DNA of 63,091 nucleotides, filler included. It is 7 parts of 7 records of this genome, joined end to end, with 100 filler letters (N's around TTAATTAATTAA, not from the genome) between each part and the next. Parts side by side here need not be neighbours in the genome. Positions count along the whole stretch, not along the records: positions 1 to 16,401 come from SRR20825014_12; 6 more parts are not named here. One strand, given 5' to 3'. Position 1 is the first letter of the stretch; each line of letters starts with the position of its first letter. Of the stretch, positions 1 through 9,840 are shown in pieces. The notes under the pieces were generated by a model. That model did no database searches, was not told the origin of the DNA, and saw nothing but the letters and a program-made list of their open reading frames with translations. The position numbers and the translations under genes are program-made.

Positions 1-65
1 ACAGCTGCACGCTTCAGGTCACGCTGAGCACGTAAGGAGTTTTTCAGAGGCTCCTTCAGCGCCAT
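1..65 (-). CDS. N-terminal fragment of an unidentified protein (MALKEPLKNSLRAQRDLKRAA...), running off the window start
   Basis: ATG at 65-63 on the minus strand, open to position 1, just downstream of the M61 gene. Confidence 0.4.
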   Translation of the reverse strand, partial: MALKEPLKNSLRAQRDLKRAA

Positions 66-121
66 TGGGCAGGAGAGCCTCTCAAGGCACTCCTGCGGGT
101 AACAATCGGATTTTCGTGCCG

Positions 122-1912
122 CTATTTTGCGTGCAACCACGCACGGCCTTTTTCTGTCAGCCCGCCTTTGGCGATAGTCAGGAATGCGGTGCTGGCTTCA
201 GTGGCTTCCACTTTGACCTTGAACCGCATCAACTCATCGCGCCGGAAAGCATGAATCTCCATGACCTCTCCGGGCAGGAAACCCGACAGCAAATTATCAA
301 TATTGCTGGTGGTGGCCTGCAGGCCATCCACGGCAATAATCACATCACCAGCGGATAGCCCCGCCGCCATGGCGGTCCCTTGCTCAAACGCCACCACGAT
401 TTTCGCCCCCATGGTATCCGGCACCAATCTGGCGCCCAGATGAGGGATACCCTCCTTGCCTACTCTGCCGCCGTTATCGCCATGCCCGGCAGCACTACGC
501 CAGTGCAGTTCCACGCCCCGGTCGGCCAGCAATTCCGCCAGCGGCAGATCCTCTGTGCTGTACAGGGCCTGATTGAAGAAGTCACTCATGTCGCAACCGG
601 CGATTTCTTCCGCCAGTGGCTGAATGCCCTGCTCCGGCACACCCTCACCGGTCTGGCCGTAGCGCTGCCACAACAGCCGCATCAGGTCATCCAGGGTCTT
701 TTTCTCTGCGGTCAGGTTGCGCAGGGTCAAATCCAGCGCCAGCGCCACCAGTGATCCCTTGGTGTAGTAGCTGACAATGGCATTGGGGGCGTTTTCATCC
801 TGCTTGTAGAAGCGGGTCCAGGCATCAAAACTGGATTCCGTCACCGTTTGTTTATGGCGACCCTGCCCCCGGTATACCCGCGTAAGCGTCTGCCCCAGCA
901 GCTCCAGATAACTCTGTGGCGCAATCAGCCCGGTCCGCGCGAGGGACAGGTCGTCGTAATAACTGGTGATGCCTTCAAACGCCCACAGCAATTCGGTATG
1001 CACTTCTTGTGATAAATCAAAAGGCGTAAACGCCGCCGGTTTGATCCGCTTCACGTTCCAGGTGTGGAAATATTCATGGCTGCACAGCCCCAGATAAGAG
1101 CGGTAGCCGTCGCGGACTTTGCCCGGCTCATCGGTACGGCGCGGCAAATCATCGCGGGGGCACATCAGGCTGGTGGAATTACGGTGCTCCAGCCCGCCAT
1201 AACCGTTACCGGTCACCAGGGTCATAAAGACGTAGCGATCCATGGGCGCTGGCTCGCCGAACATGCGGATATGATGTTCACAAATCGGTTTCAAATCACG
1301 ACACAGTCGCGCCATGTCGGTTTTGTGGCGCCCTGCCAACACCACCCAGTGCGGCACACCACAGGCTTCGAACTGCGCATACTCAAACGGCCCCATTTCC
1401 ACCGGGTGATCGATCAGGTCATCGTAGTTTTCCGCCTGGAACACACCGAAACCCAACTCCGAGCCGGACTCCCTTTTCAACCCGGTGGCCACTTGCCAGC
1501 CGTTGTAACCATGCCCTTGCGGGGCCTCTATGGCAACGTGGCAGGGCTGATCTTCATGGCCCATGGCGGCCAGGAACACGCAGCTGCCGTTAAAATAACC
1601 ATGGGTGGTGTCCAGGTGCGCGCCACGCACGGACAAATCCCAGGCATAAACGTGATAACGCAGTTGTACCGGACCATCACAGGGCGGCACTTGCCAGGTC
1701 TGCTTGTCCCGTTTGGCGACAGGCAGGGTTTCGCCATGGCAGCTGGCTTCCACATGCACAATATGGCGCGCAAAATCGCGAATCATATAACTGCCAGGAA
1801 TCCAGGCGGGCAAGCTGAACGCCTGCCCCTCCGAGGTCGGGTCCGCCACCGTCAGGATCACTTCAAACAGGTGCGCCTCAGGGCGCAGCGGGCGAATCCG
1901 GTATTCGATCAT
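122..1912 (-). CDS. M61 family glycyl aminopeptidase with C-terminal PDZ domain
   Basis: LPAWIPGSY N-terminal motif, GGLEH, zincin HEYFH, WAFEG, SYYTKG, PDZ-like GL.AGD.I.AVDG; AGGAG RBS before the ATG at 1912. Confidence 0.92.
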   Translation of the reverse strand: MIEYRIRPLRPEAHLFEVILTVADPTSEGQAFSLPAWIPGSYMIRDFARHIVHVEASCHGETLPVAKRDKQTWQVPPCDGPVQLRYHVYAWDLSVRGAHLDTTHGYFNGSCVFLAAMGHEDQPCHVAIEAPQGHGYNGWQVATGLKRESGSELGFGVFQAENYDDLIDHPVEMGPFEYAQFEACGVPHWVVLAGRHKTDMARLCRDLKPICEHHIRMFGEPAPMDRYVFMTLVTGNGYGGLEHRNSTSLMCPRDDLPRRTDEPGKVRDGYRSYLGLCSHEYFHTWNVKRIKPAAFTPFDLSQEVHTELLWAFEGITSYYDDLSLARTGLIAPQSYLELLGQTLTRVYRGQGRHKQTVTESSFDAWTRFYKQDENAPNAIVSYYTKGSLVALALDLTLRNLTAEKKTLDDLMRLLWQRYGQTGEGVPEQGIQPLAEEIAGCDMSDFFNQALYSTEDLPLAELLADRGVELHWRSAAGHGDNGGRVGKEGIPHLGARLVPDTMGAKIVVAFEQGTAMAAGLSAGDVIIAVDGLQATTSNIDNLLSGFLPGEVMEIHAFRRDELMRFKVKVEATEASTAFLTIAKGGLTEKGRAWLHAK

Positions 1913-1973
1913 GGTTACTCCTGACAGGTGTGTTGCTTTCATTCAATCGGGTTAAAGATAGGTCGCGCATCAC

Positions 1974-2003
1974 AAACAAAACCGGGAGCCCAAGGCTCCC
2001 GGT
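1974..2003 (-). terminator. Rho-independent terminator of the 2023-2658 gene
   Basis: accgggagcc-caa-ggctcccggt hairpin followed by tttgttt on the minus strand. Confidence 0.75.
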
Positions 2004-2022
2004 GAACGGCCCAGGCCAGAGG

Positions 2023-2658
2023 TTAAATCATGTCATCCTTGGCCATCCGGTCCACAACAGCATCGGCCACACCGCTGGTCCCTGCCTGCAGGTCACTGGG
2101 GTTTACCGTGGTGGATTTGGCTCTCCATAGTAGCCCTTCCGGCTGGAGCCGGTACAGATTGGACTCCAGGAAGTACTTCTTGTCATTACTGAAATAGCCA
2201 GGTTCGTAGGTAGCATTCTGACGCACGTAATAGGTCTGACCCATGGCACCGGACACCGCGATGTCTGGCGCAAAATTAGTGCCACCCTGGGTGTAGTGCA
2301 TTTCTTCCTTGATATCGATGACGCTGATTACCAGTGCCGCTTCATAACCTTTCGAGGCGATATCGGCGGCCATTTGCTTGCGGCTCTTCCCTTCACTGTA
2401 ACGGTCACCCAATACTGGTGCGGATGCCGTTGCTTCCACGCCCTGCGCTTTCAAAGCGGCCACAACATTGGACTCCAGCGAGTCCCGTGCCTGCTTGTCA
2501 TTAACCACGGCTACCACCATGACCTTGTTAACATGCTCACCGGCCTGGTGATCCTTGGCCCGGGCGGAACTGCTAACCATGGTGTTATGGGCCGTACAGG
2601 CCGTCGCCAGCACCGCCACCACGAAAACCATCAGGAGACCTTTTATTCTTGCTATCAT
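2023..2658 (-). CDS. Putative lipoprotein of unknown function
   Basis: Signal peptide with lipobox LATA-C; purine-rich RBS; C-terminal LLW.A.S.T motif. Confidence 0.75.
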   Translation of the reverse strand: MIARIKGLLMVFVVAVLATACTAHNTMVSSSARAKDHQAGEHVNKVMVVAVVNDKQARDSLESNVVAALKAQGVEATASAPVLGDRYSEGKSRKQMAADIASKGYEAALVISVIDIKEEMHYTQGGTNFAPDIAVSGAMGQTYYVRQNATYEPGYFSNDKKYFLESNLYRLQPEGLLWRAKSTTVNPSDLQAGTSGVADAVVDRMAKDDMI

Positions 2659-2728
2659 CTCTCTTCCTCGTTGAGTTTCTTGACCTTGCCTCGGCAATGA
2701 CGCACGTTTTGCGCAGCCGGAGACTATT

Positions 2729-3649
2729 ATGACCGAACAGATGATCCATCACACCACGGATGATAACCATGTCGTCGCCATCCACCACTGGCCCTGCGAA
2801 GCGGCAGCGGCCAAGGGCACGGTAATCTGGCTGCACGGTATGTCCGAACACGGCTCACGTTACCAGAATCTGGCCCGTACCTTGAATGCTGCCGGTTGGC
2901 ACCTATATTGCCCGGACCATCGCGGTCATGGTGACAGTATCAACGAGGCCAGCCCCGTGGGCCACGTTGGTGATCAGCACGGCTGGCAACATTTGGTCAA
3001 TGACGCCGCCAGCGTCATTCATCTGGCCAAAGAGCAACACCCGCGGTTACCGGTCGTGCTGGGCGGCCACAGCATGGGTTCCTTTATTGCACTGGGCGCA
3101 GCAGAGCAACACGGTGATGCCCTGGCCGGCCTGGTGTTGTGTGCCAGCAGTTATCATCCTGGTGCCTACTACCGCTTGATGTCTCTGCCCATCCTCTTCG
3201 AGCGCATGCGCCGGGGCAAACGCAACCCCAGCCCGCTGATACGCAAGCTCACCTTTGGTGCCTGGGCTACCCAGGTACCGGAACCCACCACCGATTTCGA
3301 CTGGCTGAGCAACGATGCCGAAGAAGTGAAACGTTATATCGATGATCCGCTGTGCGGGTTCGATTGCAGTACCGAAACCTGGGTGCAGCTGGTTACCGCC
3401 ATGCGTCGCATCCAGAGTATTTCAGGCTTGTCCGAGCTACCGGAAAACCTGCCTGTGCTGTTGTTAGGCGGTGAACAGGATCCCATGAGCGACAACGGCA
3501 AAGGCATGATGGCCCTGGAGAAGGTACTTCATGCCATGGAACAACCGCTAACCACACACTTCTGGCCGCAAGGTCGACATGAAATTCTCAACGATCACTG
3601 CCGTGACGAAGTGCACCAGGCAATCACCGAGTGGTTGGGAAGTCTCTGA
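2729..3649 (+). CDS. Alpha/beta hydrolase, lysophospholipase/monoacylglycerol lipase (PldB-like)
   Basis: HGMSEH, DHRGHG, nucleophile elbow GHSMG, D and RHE catalytic residues; TTG start after GGAG. Confidence 0.9.
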   Translation: MTEQMIHHTTDDNHVVAIHHWPCEAAAAKGTVIWLHGMSEHGSRYQNLARTLNAAGWHLYCPDHRGHGDSINEASPVGHVGDQHGWQHLVNDAASVIHLAKEQHPRLPVVLGGHSMGSFIALGAAEQHGDALAGLVLCASSYHPGAYYRLMSLPILFERMRRGKRNPSPLIRKLTFGAWATQVPEPTTDFDWLSNDAEEVKRYIDDPLCGFDCSTETWVQLVTAMRRIQSISGLSELPENLPVLLLGGEQDPMSDNGKGMMALEKVLHAMEQPLTTHFWPQGRHEILNDHCRDEVHQAITEWLGSL

Positions 3650-3671
3650 AAAACCGGGTCACGTGCGACAT

Positions 3672-3702
3672 AAAAAAACCGGGCAAAAAGCCCGGTTTTT
3701 TT
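3672..3702. terminator. Bidirectional intrinsic terminator between convergent genes
   Basis: A7-ccgggc-aaaaa-gcccgg-T7. Confidence 0.9.
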
Positions 3703-3715
3703 CAAACGCCTGGCG

Positions 3716-4003
3716 TTACTTGAACAGGCTGTTCTTGATGTCCTTCAGCCCATCCAGGGTGCTATCCCAGGTTTTTTCCACGCTGTCTTTGACGTCTTCC
3801 CAGCGCGAATTGCTGTCGTTGCGCACTTCGTCCAGCTGTGCGGACAGCTCTTTGCGCTTCTCTTTCAATTCCAGCTTGCGGGTTTCCCACTGATGGCGGA
3901 CATCCTCACCTGCTTTGTCCGCTTTGACTTGCAGCTGGTCGAATTCATTATCCAGCTCGTCCAGCTTGCCTTTTACCTTTTCGATGAAAGTGTTGCGATC
4001 CAT
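3716..4003 (-). CDS. Small coiled-coil protein (Sll1863-like stress-response type)
   Basis: Highly charged helical 95-aa ORF with W-E-D-V-K motif; AAGGAG RBS. Confidence 0.7.
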   Translation of the reverse strand: MDRNTFIEKVKGKLDELDNEFDQLQVKADKAGEDVRHQWETRKLELKEKRKELSAQLDEVRNDSNSRWEDVKDSVEKTWDSTLDGLKDIKNSLFK

Positions 4004-4083
4004 CACAATCTCCTTCAATGAGTGGTACCCCAGACAATGGGGCCCATTTCCGGCTTTTCCATGACCGGGTTGTAAAATTCCGG

Positions 4084-6177
4084 TTAAAGCTGAGACTGCT
4101 CCTGCTCACCCAGCGCGGCGACATAGCCCAAATAGCGGTTCTTGATTTCCCGCACGTATTTGACTGGCTCTGAGCCGCGCACATACCCATAGCGGGCTTG
4201 GCGAGCATATTGGGGCTTGGACAAGAGCAGCATGGCCTCCTCCACATGGCCAAACCACTTGTCCGGATCCTTGCCAAGGCGCTGCGCCAGGCGCCGGGCA
4301 TCTTCCACATGACCATGGCCGGCATTGTACGCGGCCAGAGTAAAATACAGTTTTTCCGCCAGGTCCAGGCGCGCGGGAAAGCGCTGCTCCAGCCAGTCGA
4401 TATAAGCCAGCCCCGCTTCCACGCCATTCTTTGGGTTAGTCAGATTACTGTAACCAAATTGCCGGCCGGTACGGGGCATCACTTGCAGCAGTCCCTGAGC
4501 TCCGGCAAAAGAGCGGGCGTTCGGATTAAAGCGGCTTTCCTGGTACATCTGTGAGGTAATCAGGCGCCAGTCCAGGCCATACTTGAGCGACTCGCCACGC
4601 ACCAGCTCATCGTAGGGCGAAATATCCCGACCCGCTTCCACCCGATAGGCCTCATGGGTTGCAATGGTTTTCTTTTCCTTGAAATAGCGGTTGTAGGTCA
4701 CGTTGTAAAACAACCCACGATAACCCCGTTTTATATAGCTATTGAGCTGCTCGCGCAGTGCCTGTTGGGGTTCCCGGGTGACCCAGGCAATCTCTTTTGC
4801 TGGCTCGAACTGGAACAACACAGCAATGTCATCCCGGTAGGTGGATTCCATGGCAGCCAGATGGCTATCGGCCATGGTCAGGTCGTAATCGCCGTTGGCA
4901 ACGCCATCGATCAACATTTCCGTACTGGCGTTTTCCACTTCCAGAATTTCGAACGTGCCCCCCGCCTCTTGCAACGCTTTGAGCGTATCGTAATAGGCGG
5001 TTTCCGGGTTCACCGCCACCGTGCGTCCTGCCAGTTCCTCAACGGTCTCCAACGGTGTGTCCCCCGCCTCGCCGATGAGCTGCTCATTCACTTCCAGATA
5101 ACGCTCACTGAAGGACCAGCCTGCGCTCTGCCGCTCTGCCGTGACGGTCATGGAAGCGGCGATGACATCCCCTTCCCCCGCTTCCAGGGCCGCAAACATG
5201 GAGGACGGGGTATCGTGCACAACAACCCGGACACGCAAACGATGCTGCTTGGCAAAGTCCTTGATCAGGTCGTAATCAAACCCCATCAGCTCCCCTCGCC
5301 ACATAAAATAGCTGGCCGGGTTATTGGAGGTGATGACTCGCAACACCCCTTTTTCACGAATCTCAGCCCAGTCACGCTCTTCCTCACTGTCCACGGAGGT
5401 AATGACCCGCTCGCTGGTAATGTACTGGTTGATCTGATCCAGCAATTCACTGCTATCCGGGCGCACAGCCCAAGCGATGCGACGCTTGCGGTTGGCCACT
5501 GGCCCCGCTACAGCCTCCCCGTCCTCTTCAAGCAGCGCATCGAGCATGTTGCTGTCGACGATACTTGCCGCCAGCTCACCGTTGGCCACGCCGTTGACCA
5601 ATTCCTCATCCGAAACATTGCTTTCCAGCACTTCCAGGCTGATGTTGTCGTGGCGCTTGGCCAGTTTGATGGCGGTTTCCTGATAGGCGGACCCTTCCGG
5701 TACCGACAGCGTCACCTCTCCCATCTCCGTTAGCGGCAGGTCCGCCAGTGCCCGCGGCACCACCATGCGCTCCTGTACAGCGTTTACAGGGGTGGAAAAT
5801 GCGAGGCTTTCCTGGCGATCTTTGGTCACCGAATAGTTGGTGATGATGATATCGGCCATGCCCTGATTGATGAGAGTGCTCAGCTCACCAAAATTGTCGG
5901 CATACACCCAGCGCGGCTCCAGTCCCAGGTGCTCAACAAACTCTTCCGCTTGCTGCTGGTATTCGCTGGCCGGGATGCCATCGCGGGGCAGGCCTGAGGG
6001 CTCGTCAAACCGGGGGGCCAATAACCGAACGAACCCCCGCTCCTTCAGCGCAGGCAAATCACCGGTTTCCTGGTAGTTCTCAAAGGTGCTGACGACCTCC
6101 CCCACCTCCGGCTCCTTGTCACAGCCGGCCAGCAGCGTGAAACCGAGACATATGAGGATGAATATGCCTGTTCGCAT
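4084..6177 (-). CDS. mltF: MltF-family lytic transglycosylase with two tandem family-3 solute-binding domains
   Basis: Lipobox LAGC; two SBP_bac_3-like repeats; SLT motifs QES.F, GLLQVMP, AAYNAG.GHV, RGSEP. Confidence 0.85.
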   Translation of the reverse strand: MRTGIFILICLGFTLLAGCDKEPEVGEVVSTFENYQETGDLPALKERGFVRLLAPRFDEPSGLPRDGIPASEYQQQAEEFVEHLGLEPRWVYADNFGELSTLINQGMADIIITNYSVTKDRQESLAFSTPVNAVQERMVVPRALADLPLTEMGEVTLSVPEGSAYQETAIKLAKRHDNISLEVLESNVSDEELVNGVANGELAASIVDSNMLDALLEEDGEAVAGPVANRKRRIAWAVRPDSSELLDQINQYITSERVITSVDSEEERDWAEIREKGVLRVITSNNPASYFMWRGELMGFDYDLIKDFAKQHRLRVRVVVHDTPSSMFAALEAGEGDVIAASMTVTAERQSAGWSFSERYLEVNEQLIGEAGDTPLETVEELAGRTVAVNPETAYYDTLKALQEAGGTFEILEVENASTEMLIDGVANGDYDLTMADSHLAAMESTYRDDIAVLFQFEPAKEIAWVTREPQQALREQLNSYIKRGYRGLFYNVTYNRYFKEKKTIATHEAYRVEAGRDISPYDELVRGESLKYGLDWRLITSQMYQESRFNPNARSFAGAQGLLQVMPRTGRQFGYSNLTNPKNGVEAGLAYIDWLEQRFPARLDLAEKLYFTLAAYNAGHGHVEDARRLAQRLGKDPDKWFGHVEEAMLLLSKPQYARQARYGYVRGSEPVKYVREIKNRYLGYVAALGEQEQSQL

Positions 6178-6374
6178 GGGCGCCCCCTTTCCGTTCTAGT
6201 GTTTATTTCTTAGCTCAGGGTACCAGCCTATGCCCATCAGGCGATACTTTTTAGGTGATCCGTACTTGCCTCCGAAAACGGCGTTTGCAGATATACGCCC
6301 AAAAGTGGTTAACCAGTACGCTATCTGCGCTCGAGACAATAAAAGAGCCTCTGAAAAGGCCTGCGCCCGGAACG

Positions 6375-6448
6375 AAAAAAGGCCTGAACCTCCCCTGTGA
6401 CAACGTATTCTTTTCAGAATCATTGCAACAAGTTTGGTTCAGGCCTTT
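6375..6448 (-). terminator. Long hairpin with U-tract, probable terminator of the ompA-TSP3 operon
   Basis: aaaggcctgaacc (6378-6390) pairs with ggttcaggccttt (6436-6448); the interior is partly self-complementary; U-run on the minus strand. Confidence 0.55.
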
Positions 6449-6525
6449 CACGTGCCCCAAAACGCTATTGCTATCGTTCGGAGCGGCGACCCAGAGGTCC
6501 TTTCCTTACTACCCTGTTTTGCCGA

Positions 6526-7962
6526 TCAGGGCGTACCGACACAAACATCGTGAACACGGAACGCCTTGTTGACATTTACCAGGCCAGCATAGTCCAGCTG
6601 AATGGAGTCGAACGGCTGGCTAGAGGCCGGAGCAGCAATGAAACGCTGATCCGAATTGGCACCCAGGCCCAGCAAGTCCAGATCCAGCAACCCGCCGCCT
6701 ACGGTAGCGCTATCCACTTCCACGCCGTCATTAAAGAAACGAACGGTAGTGAAGTTGCCAAGCAGTTCCAGATTGAGCAGCTGGGAGCTCGGGTCACTGA
6801 CCACAAAGCCAACAACGCTGTCTGCAATATCAACGGACTGGTCAATGGCGTCCGCTGCCACAAACCCGCCACCGTAGATCAGAGCCGCGCCGATATTGAT
6901 CTGTGCAAAGGTGGTGTTATTTCCGTCAATTGCATTGCCTTCGTCATTGACGGAGCAACCCAGGCACACGCCCAACACGCCGCTGTCTGCCGTGTAATCG
7001 GTACTGGCCAACTGCTGGTAAGTGGTGGTAGCGGAGCAAGTGAAGCCATCGTCGTCACAGACATCGCCTTTACCATCGCCATCGCCGTCAGCCTGATCCG
7101 CATTGGCAATCAGAGGGCAGTTGTCAGTGGCATCGGGAACACCATCACCATCGGTGTCAGTGGGATCACCGCCGCCGCCATCACAAACGTCACCGATGCC
7201 ATCACCGTCGCTGTCTGCCTGGTCCGCATTGGCCGCCAGTGGGCAGTTATCGGTATCGTTATCCACGCCGTCGCCATCACGGTCGTCATCACAAACATCA
7301 CCAATGCCATCCACATCCAGGTCAGCCTGGTCGGTGTTAGGAATGTTCAGGCAGTTGTCGTTGGTATCAAGGATGGTGTCACCGTCACGGTCGTCTTCGC
7401 AGACGTCACCAATACCATCGGCATCCGTATCTTTCTGATCCGCGTTTGCCGTGAACACACAGTTGTCATTGGTGTTATCCACACCATCACCATCCGCATC
7501 GTCATCACAAACATCACCGATACCATCGTTATCCACATCACCCTGTTCCGGGTTGAAGATGGCAGGACAGTTATCTACCCCATCGTCGATACCGTCGTTG
7601 TCCTGATCGTTGTCCTGATCACAGGCATCGCCGATACCATCGCCATCAGTGTCATCCTGAGTAGGATTCGCTACCAGAGGGCAGTTGTCCGTATCGTTAT
7701 CTTCGCCATCACCATCACGGTCGTCATCGCATACATCTCCGATGCCGTCACCATCTTGATCTTCCTGCATGGCGTTAGCGTTCGCCGGACAGTTGTCTAC
7801 ATCATCAGGAACACCATCATTATCCTGGTCATTATCACGGGTAACAGGGTTGTTGCTCCCGCCACCGCTACTGCCACCGCCGTCAGCACCACAAGCTGCC
7901 AAACCAAAAGCCAGCGAAACTGTGAGCAGCATGGCAAACAGTGTTTTCAAATTAACGTTCAT
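6526..7962 (-). CDS. Thrombospondin type-3 repeat (Ca-binding) lipoprotein
   Basis: Lipobox LAAC, Gly/Ser linker, seven DxDxDGxxDxxDNCxxxxNxxQxDxDxDGxGDxC units, beta-rich C-terminal domain. Confidence 0.9.
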   Translation of the reverse strand: MNVNLKTLFAMLLTVSLAFGLAACGADGGGSSGGGSNNPVTRDNDQDNDGVPDDVDNCPANANAMQEDQDGDGIGDVCDDDRDGDGEDNDTDNCPLVANPTQDDTDGDGIGDACDQDNDQDNDGIDDGVDNCPAIFNPEQGDVDNDGIGDVCDDDADGDGVDNTNDNCVFTANADQKDTDADGIGDVCEDDRDGDTILDTNDNCLNIPNTDQADLDVDGIGDVCDDDRDGDGVDNDTDNCPLAANADQADSDGDGIGDVCDGGGGDPTDTDGDGVPDATDNCPLIANADQADGDGDGKGDVCDDDGFTCSATTTYQQLASTDYTADSGVLGVCLGCSVNDEGNAIDGNNTTFAQINIGAALIYGGGFVAADAIDQSVDIADSVVGFVVSDPSSQLLNLELLGNFTTVRFFNDGVEVDSATVGGGLLDLDLLGLGANSDQRFIAAPASSQPFDSIQLDYAGLVNVNKAFRVHDVCVGTP

Positions 7963-7988
7963 AATCCCCACCTCTTTCCTTAGAAGAG

Positions 7989-8015
7989 CCTGCGGCAGTC
8001 AAGCACTGCCGCAGG
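7989..8015. other. Intra-operon stem-loop (mRNA stabiliser or attenuator)
   Basis: cctgcggcagt-caagc-actgccgcagg, 11-bp stem with no U-tract. Confidence 0.6.
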
Positions 8016-8030
8016 TCAAACTCTGTTTCT

Positions 8031-9830
8031 CTATTTGCAAGGCAAACCGAGCAAACCGCCAACAGTGCATACCAGCCCCGGAATCAAACCCTCTTCAGGG
8101 TTCAGGATATTTTCCAGAGCGGTGATCAATCCCGGAGCTTCGCCATTGTCAGGATCGCCCAGCAGCAATGCGGTCAAGCCTTGCTCGAGCTGCCCTTCAA
8201 CCAGCAGCGCCTGCACGGTATCGGCCAGGGTGCTGTCGTTCTCGAGCAAGTCGCCCAGCGTGTCCACAAGATCCTGCTGCTCAAGACCCAGCCCGGACAA
8301 GGCGCCGCCGTCTTCAAGAAGAAGATCCACAATCCCTTGCTGCTCATCAGTACCCACCAGGCAAATGGTGCCCAGAGGTGCCTGACAGTTCGGGTTGTTT
8401 TGTGGCTCGATCAGCAACGCTTCAAGCAAACCGGTTACACCGTCTTCGCCCAGCAGCCCTTCAAGACCGGCACCGCCGTTCTCGTCGCCCATCAGCAACT
8501 CAGTAACGATTGTTTGTAAGCCACCGTTACCTTCGTCGTCACCCAGGATCAGGGTTTGCAGACCTTCCTGCAGGTTGCCTTCCAGGAACAGACCTTCCAG
8601 CACAGAGGCCAGAGAACCGTCATCATTTTGCAGCAGGTCGACCAAACGATCCGTCAGCGCATCTGCGCCACCGATATTGGACGCGATGGGTGCCAGAGGG
8701 CCTGTTTCAGGATCCAGCAACACATCAACCAGACCGCCGTTGTGATCATCACCACCCAACACACAAATGTTGGACACTGGCGTAGAGCAGTTTTCCAGGT
8801 CCAGCACATCGTTGGTGGTTTCGAAGTTGATCACCACGCTTTCAGCCAGCGGATCCGCATTCGGGTTTTCAGCAGAGACACCACTCGCATCGACGGTCAA
8901 CTGGTAGTCGGAGCTTTCCTGCAAACCTTCGTCAGGAGTGAACGTTACCGTCATACCGTCTTCAGACAGTGCGCAGGTGCCGGCTACGGTTTCTTCTGCA
9001 ACGCCGCCATCGTCCAGTTTCTCAAGCACGATAACCGCATCATCACCTTCACAATCGAGTGTCGCTTCATCGATAGGCTGATTGAAGGTCACAGTCGGCT
9101 TCACACTGGCGCCAACGGCATCGCCATCTTCAGGATCGCTGGCTACCACTTCCAGGAAGTTGCTCAGACCGGTCTCGAAGTTGAACTCCTGTTCCGTCAC
9201 CGGATCGCCGTTACCATCAACCAGCGGCTCGCCATTTTCATCGGTAAAGATCAGATACTTAGGATCAAAACCTGGCTGGGCACAGGCTTGCGCTTCAATA
9301 CCACCAATTTCGCTGGCGTTGATGTAGAAGACATAGCTGGTGGACGCCATCAGGTGAGGGGAAGCGGGGGCAAAGGTTGCCTCATTACCCGTCACTGCCG
9401 GCGTCAACGCCACCGAGTCACCGCCCAGGGTTTCCAGACCAATAAAGGCACTGTTTTCCAAGCTGGTCAGGTTCGGTACGTGAGAGAACGTGGCCTGGAT
9501 CAGGGAGCCAATGGACACATTGGTTGCGCCATCAGCCGGGATCACCGAGCCAATATCAACGGTAAAGTGCTGCTCTGGATCTTCACAAAAATCTTCAGGG
9601 CAAGCATCGCCAATGCCATCACCATCAGAGTCCGCTTGATCCGCGTTCGGTACGGTAGGACAGTTATCGGTACTGTCAGGTACACCATCATTATCCTGGT
9701 CCGGCTGATTTCCAACCGGGTTATTGCCGCCACCATTGGAACCACTGCTATCGGCACCACAACCGGCGAGCCCTGCACCCAGGAAACCTGCCAGCGCTAG
9801 CGCCAGCAGTGTTTTCATCTGCTTGTTCAT
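8031..9830 (-). CDS. Lipoprotein with one TSP3 repeat, two Ig-like (Big_5-type) domains and a duplicated Leu/Gly/acidic C-terminal region
   Basis: Lipobox LAGC; DNCP...GDAC; P.DGA..V...I...FS and F.P...L..ST.Y motifs occur twice; the C-terminal C..P...IC(V/L).G.D...G.VD.LL unit is repeated. Confidence 0.8.
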   Translation of the reverse strand: MNKQMKTLLALALAGFLGAGLAGCGADSSGSNGGGNNPVGNQPDQDNDGVPDSTDNCPTVPNADQADSDGDGIGDACPEDFCEDPEQHFTVDIGSVIPADGATNVSIGSLIQATFSHVPNLTSLENSAFIGLETLGGDSVALTPAVTGNEATFAPASPHLMASTSYVFYINASEIGGIEAQACAQPGFDPKYLIFTDENGEPLVDGNGDPVTEQEFNFETGLSNFLEVVASDPEDGDAVGASVKPTVTFNQPIDEATLDCEGDDAVIVLEKLDDGGVAEETVAGTCALSEDGMTVTFTPDEGLQESSDYQLTVDASGVSAENPNADPLAESVVINFETTNDVLDLENCSTPVSNICVLGGDDHNGGLVDVLLDPETGPLAPIASNIGGADALTDRLVDLLQNDDGSLASVLEGLFLEGNLQEGLQTLILGDDEGNGGLQTIVTELLMGDENGGAGLEGLLGEDGVTGLLEALLIEPQNNPNCQAPLGTICLVGTDEQQGIVDLLLEDGGALSGLGLEQQDLVDTLGDLLENDSTLADTVQALLVEGQLEQGLTALLLGDPDNGEAPGLITALENILNPEEGLIPGLVCTVGGLLGLPCK

Positions 9831-9840
9831 GTCTCAGCTC

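Noticed and set aside
7040-7830. Periodic DNA repeats (catcgccgataccatc..., gcagttgtc)
   Set aside because: They encode the TSP3 protein repeats and are not a non-coding array.
6397-9800. Long plus-strand ORFs 6397-7983 and 8556-9800 (similarly 1064-1924, 4654-5733, 21403-22623, 38917-41923, 47941-49431)
   Set aside because: Antisense shadows of well-supported genes, caused by codon bias; no motifs of their own.
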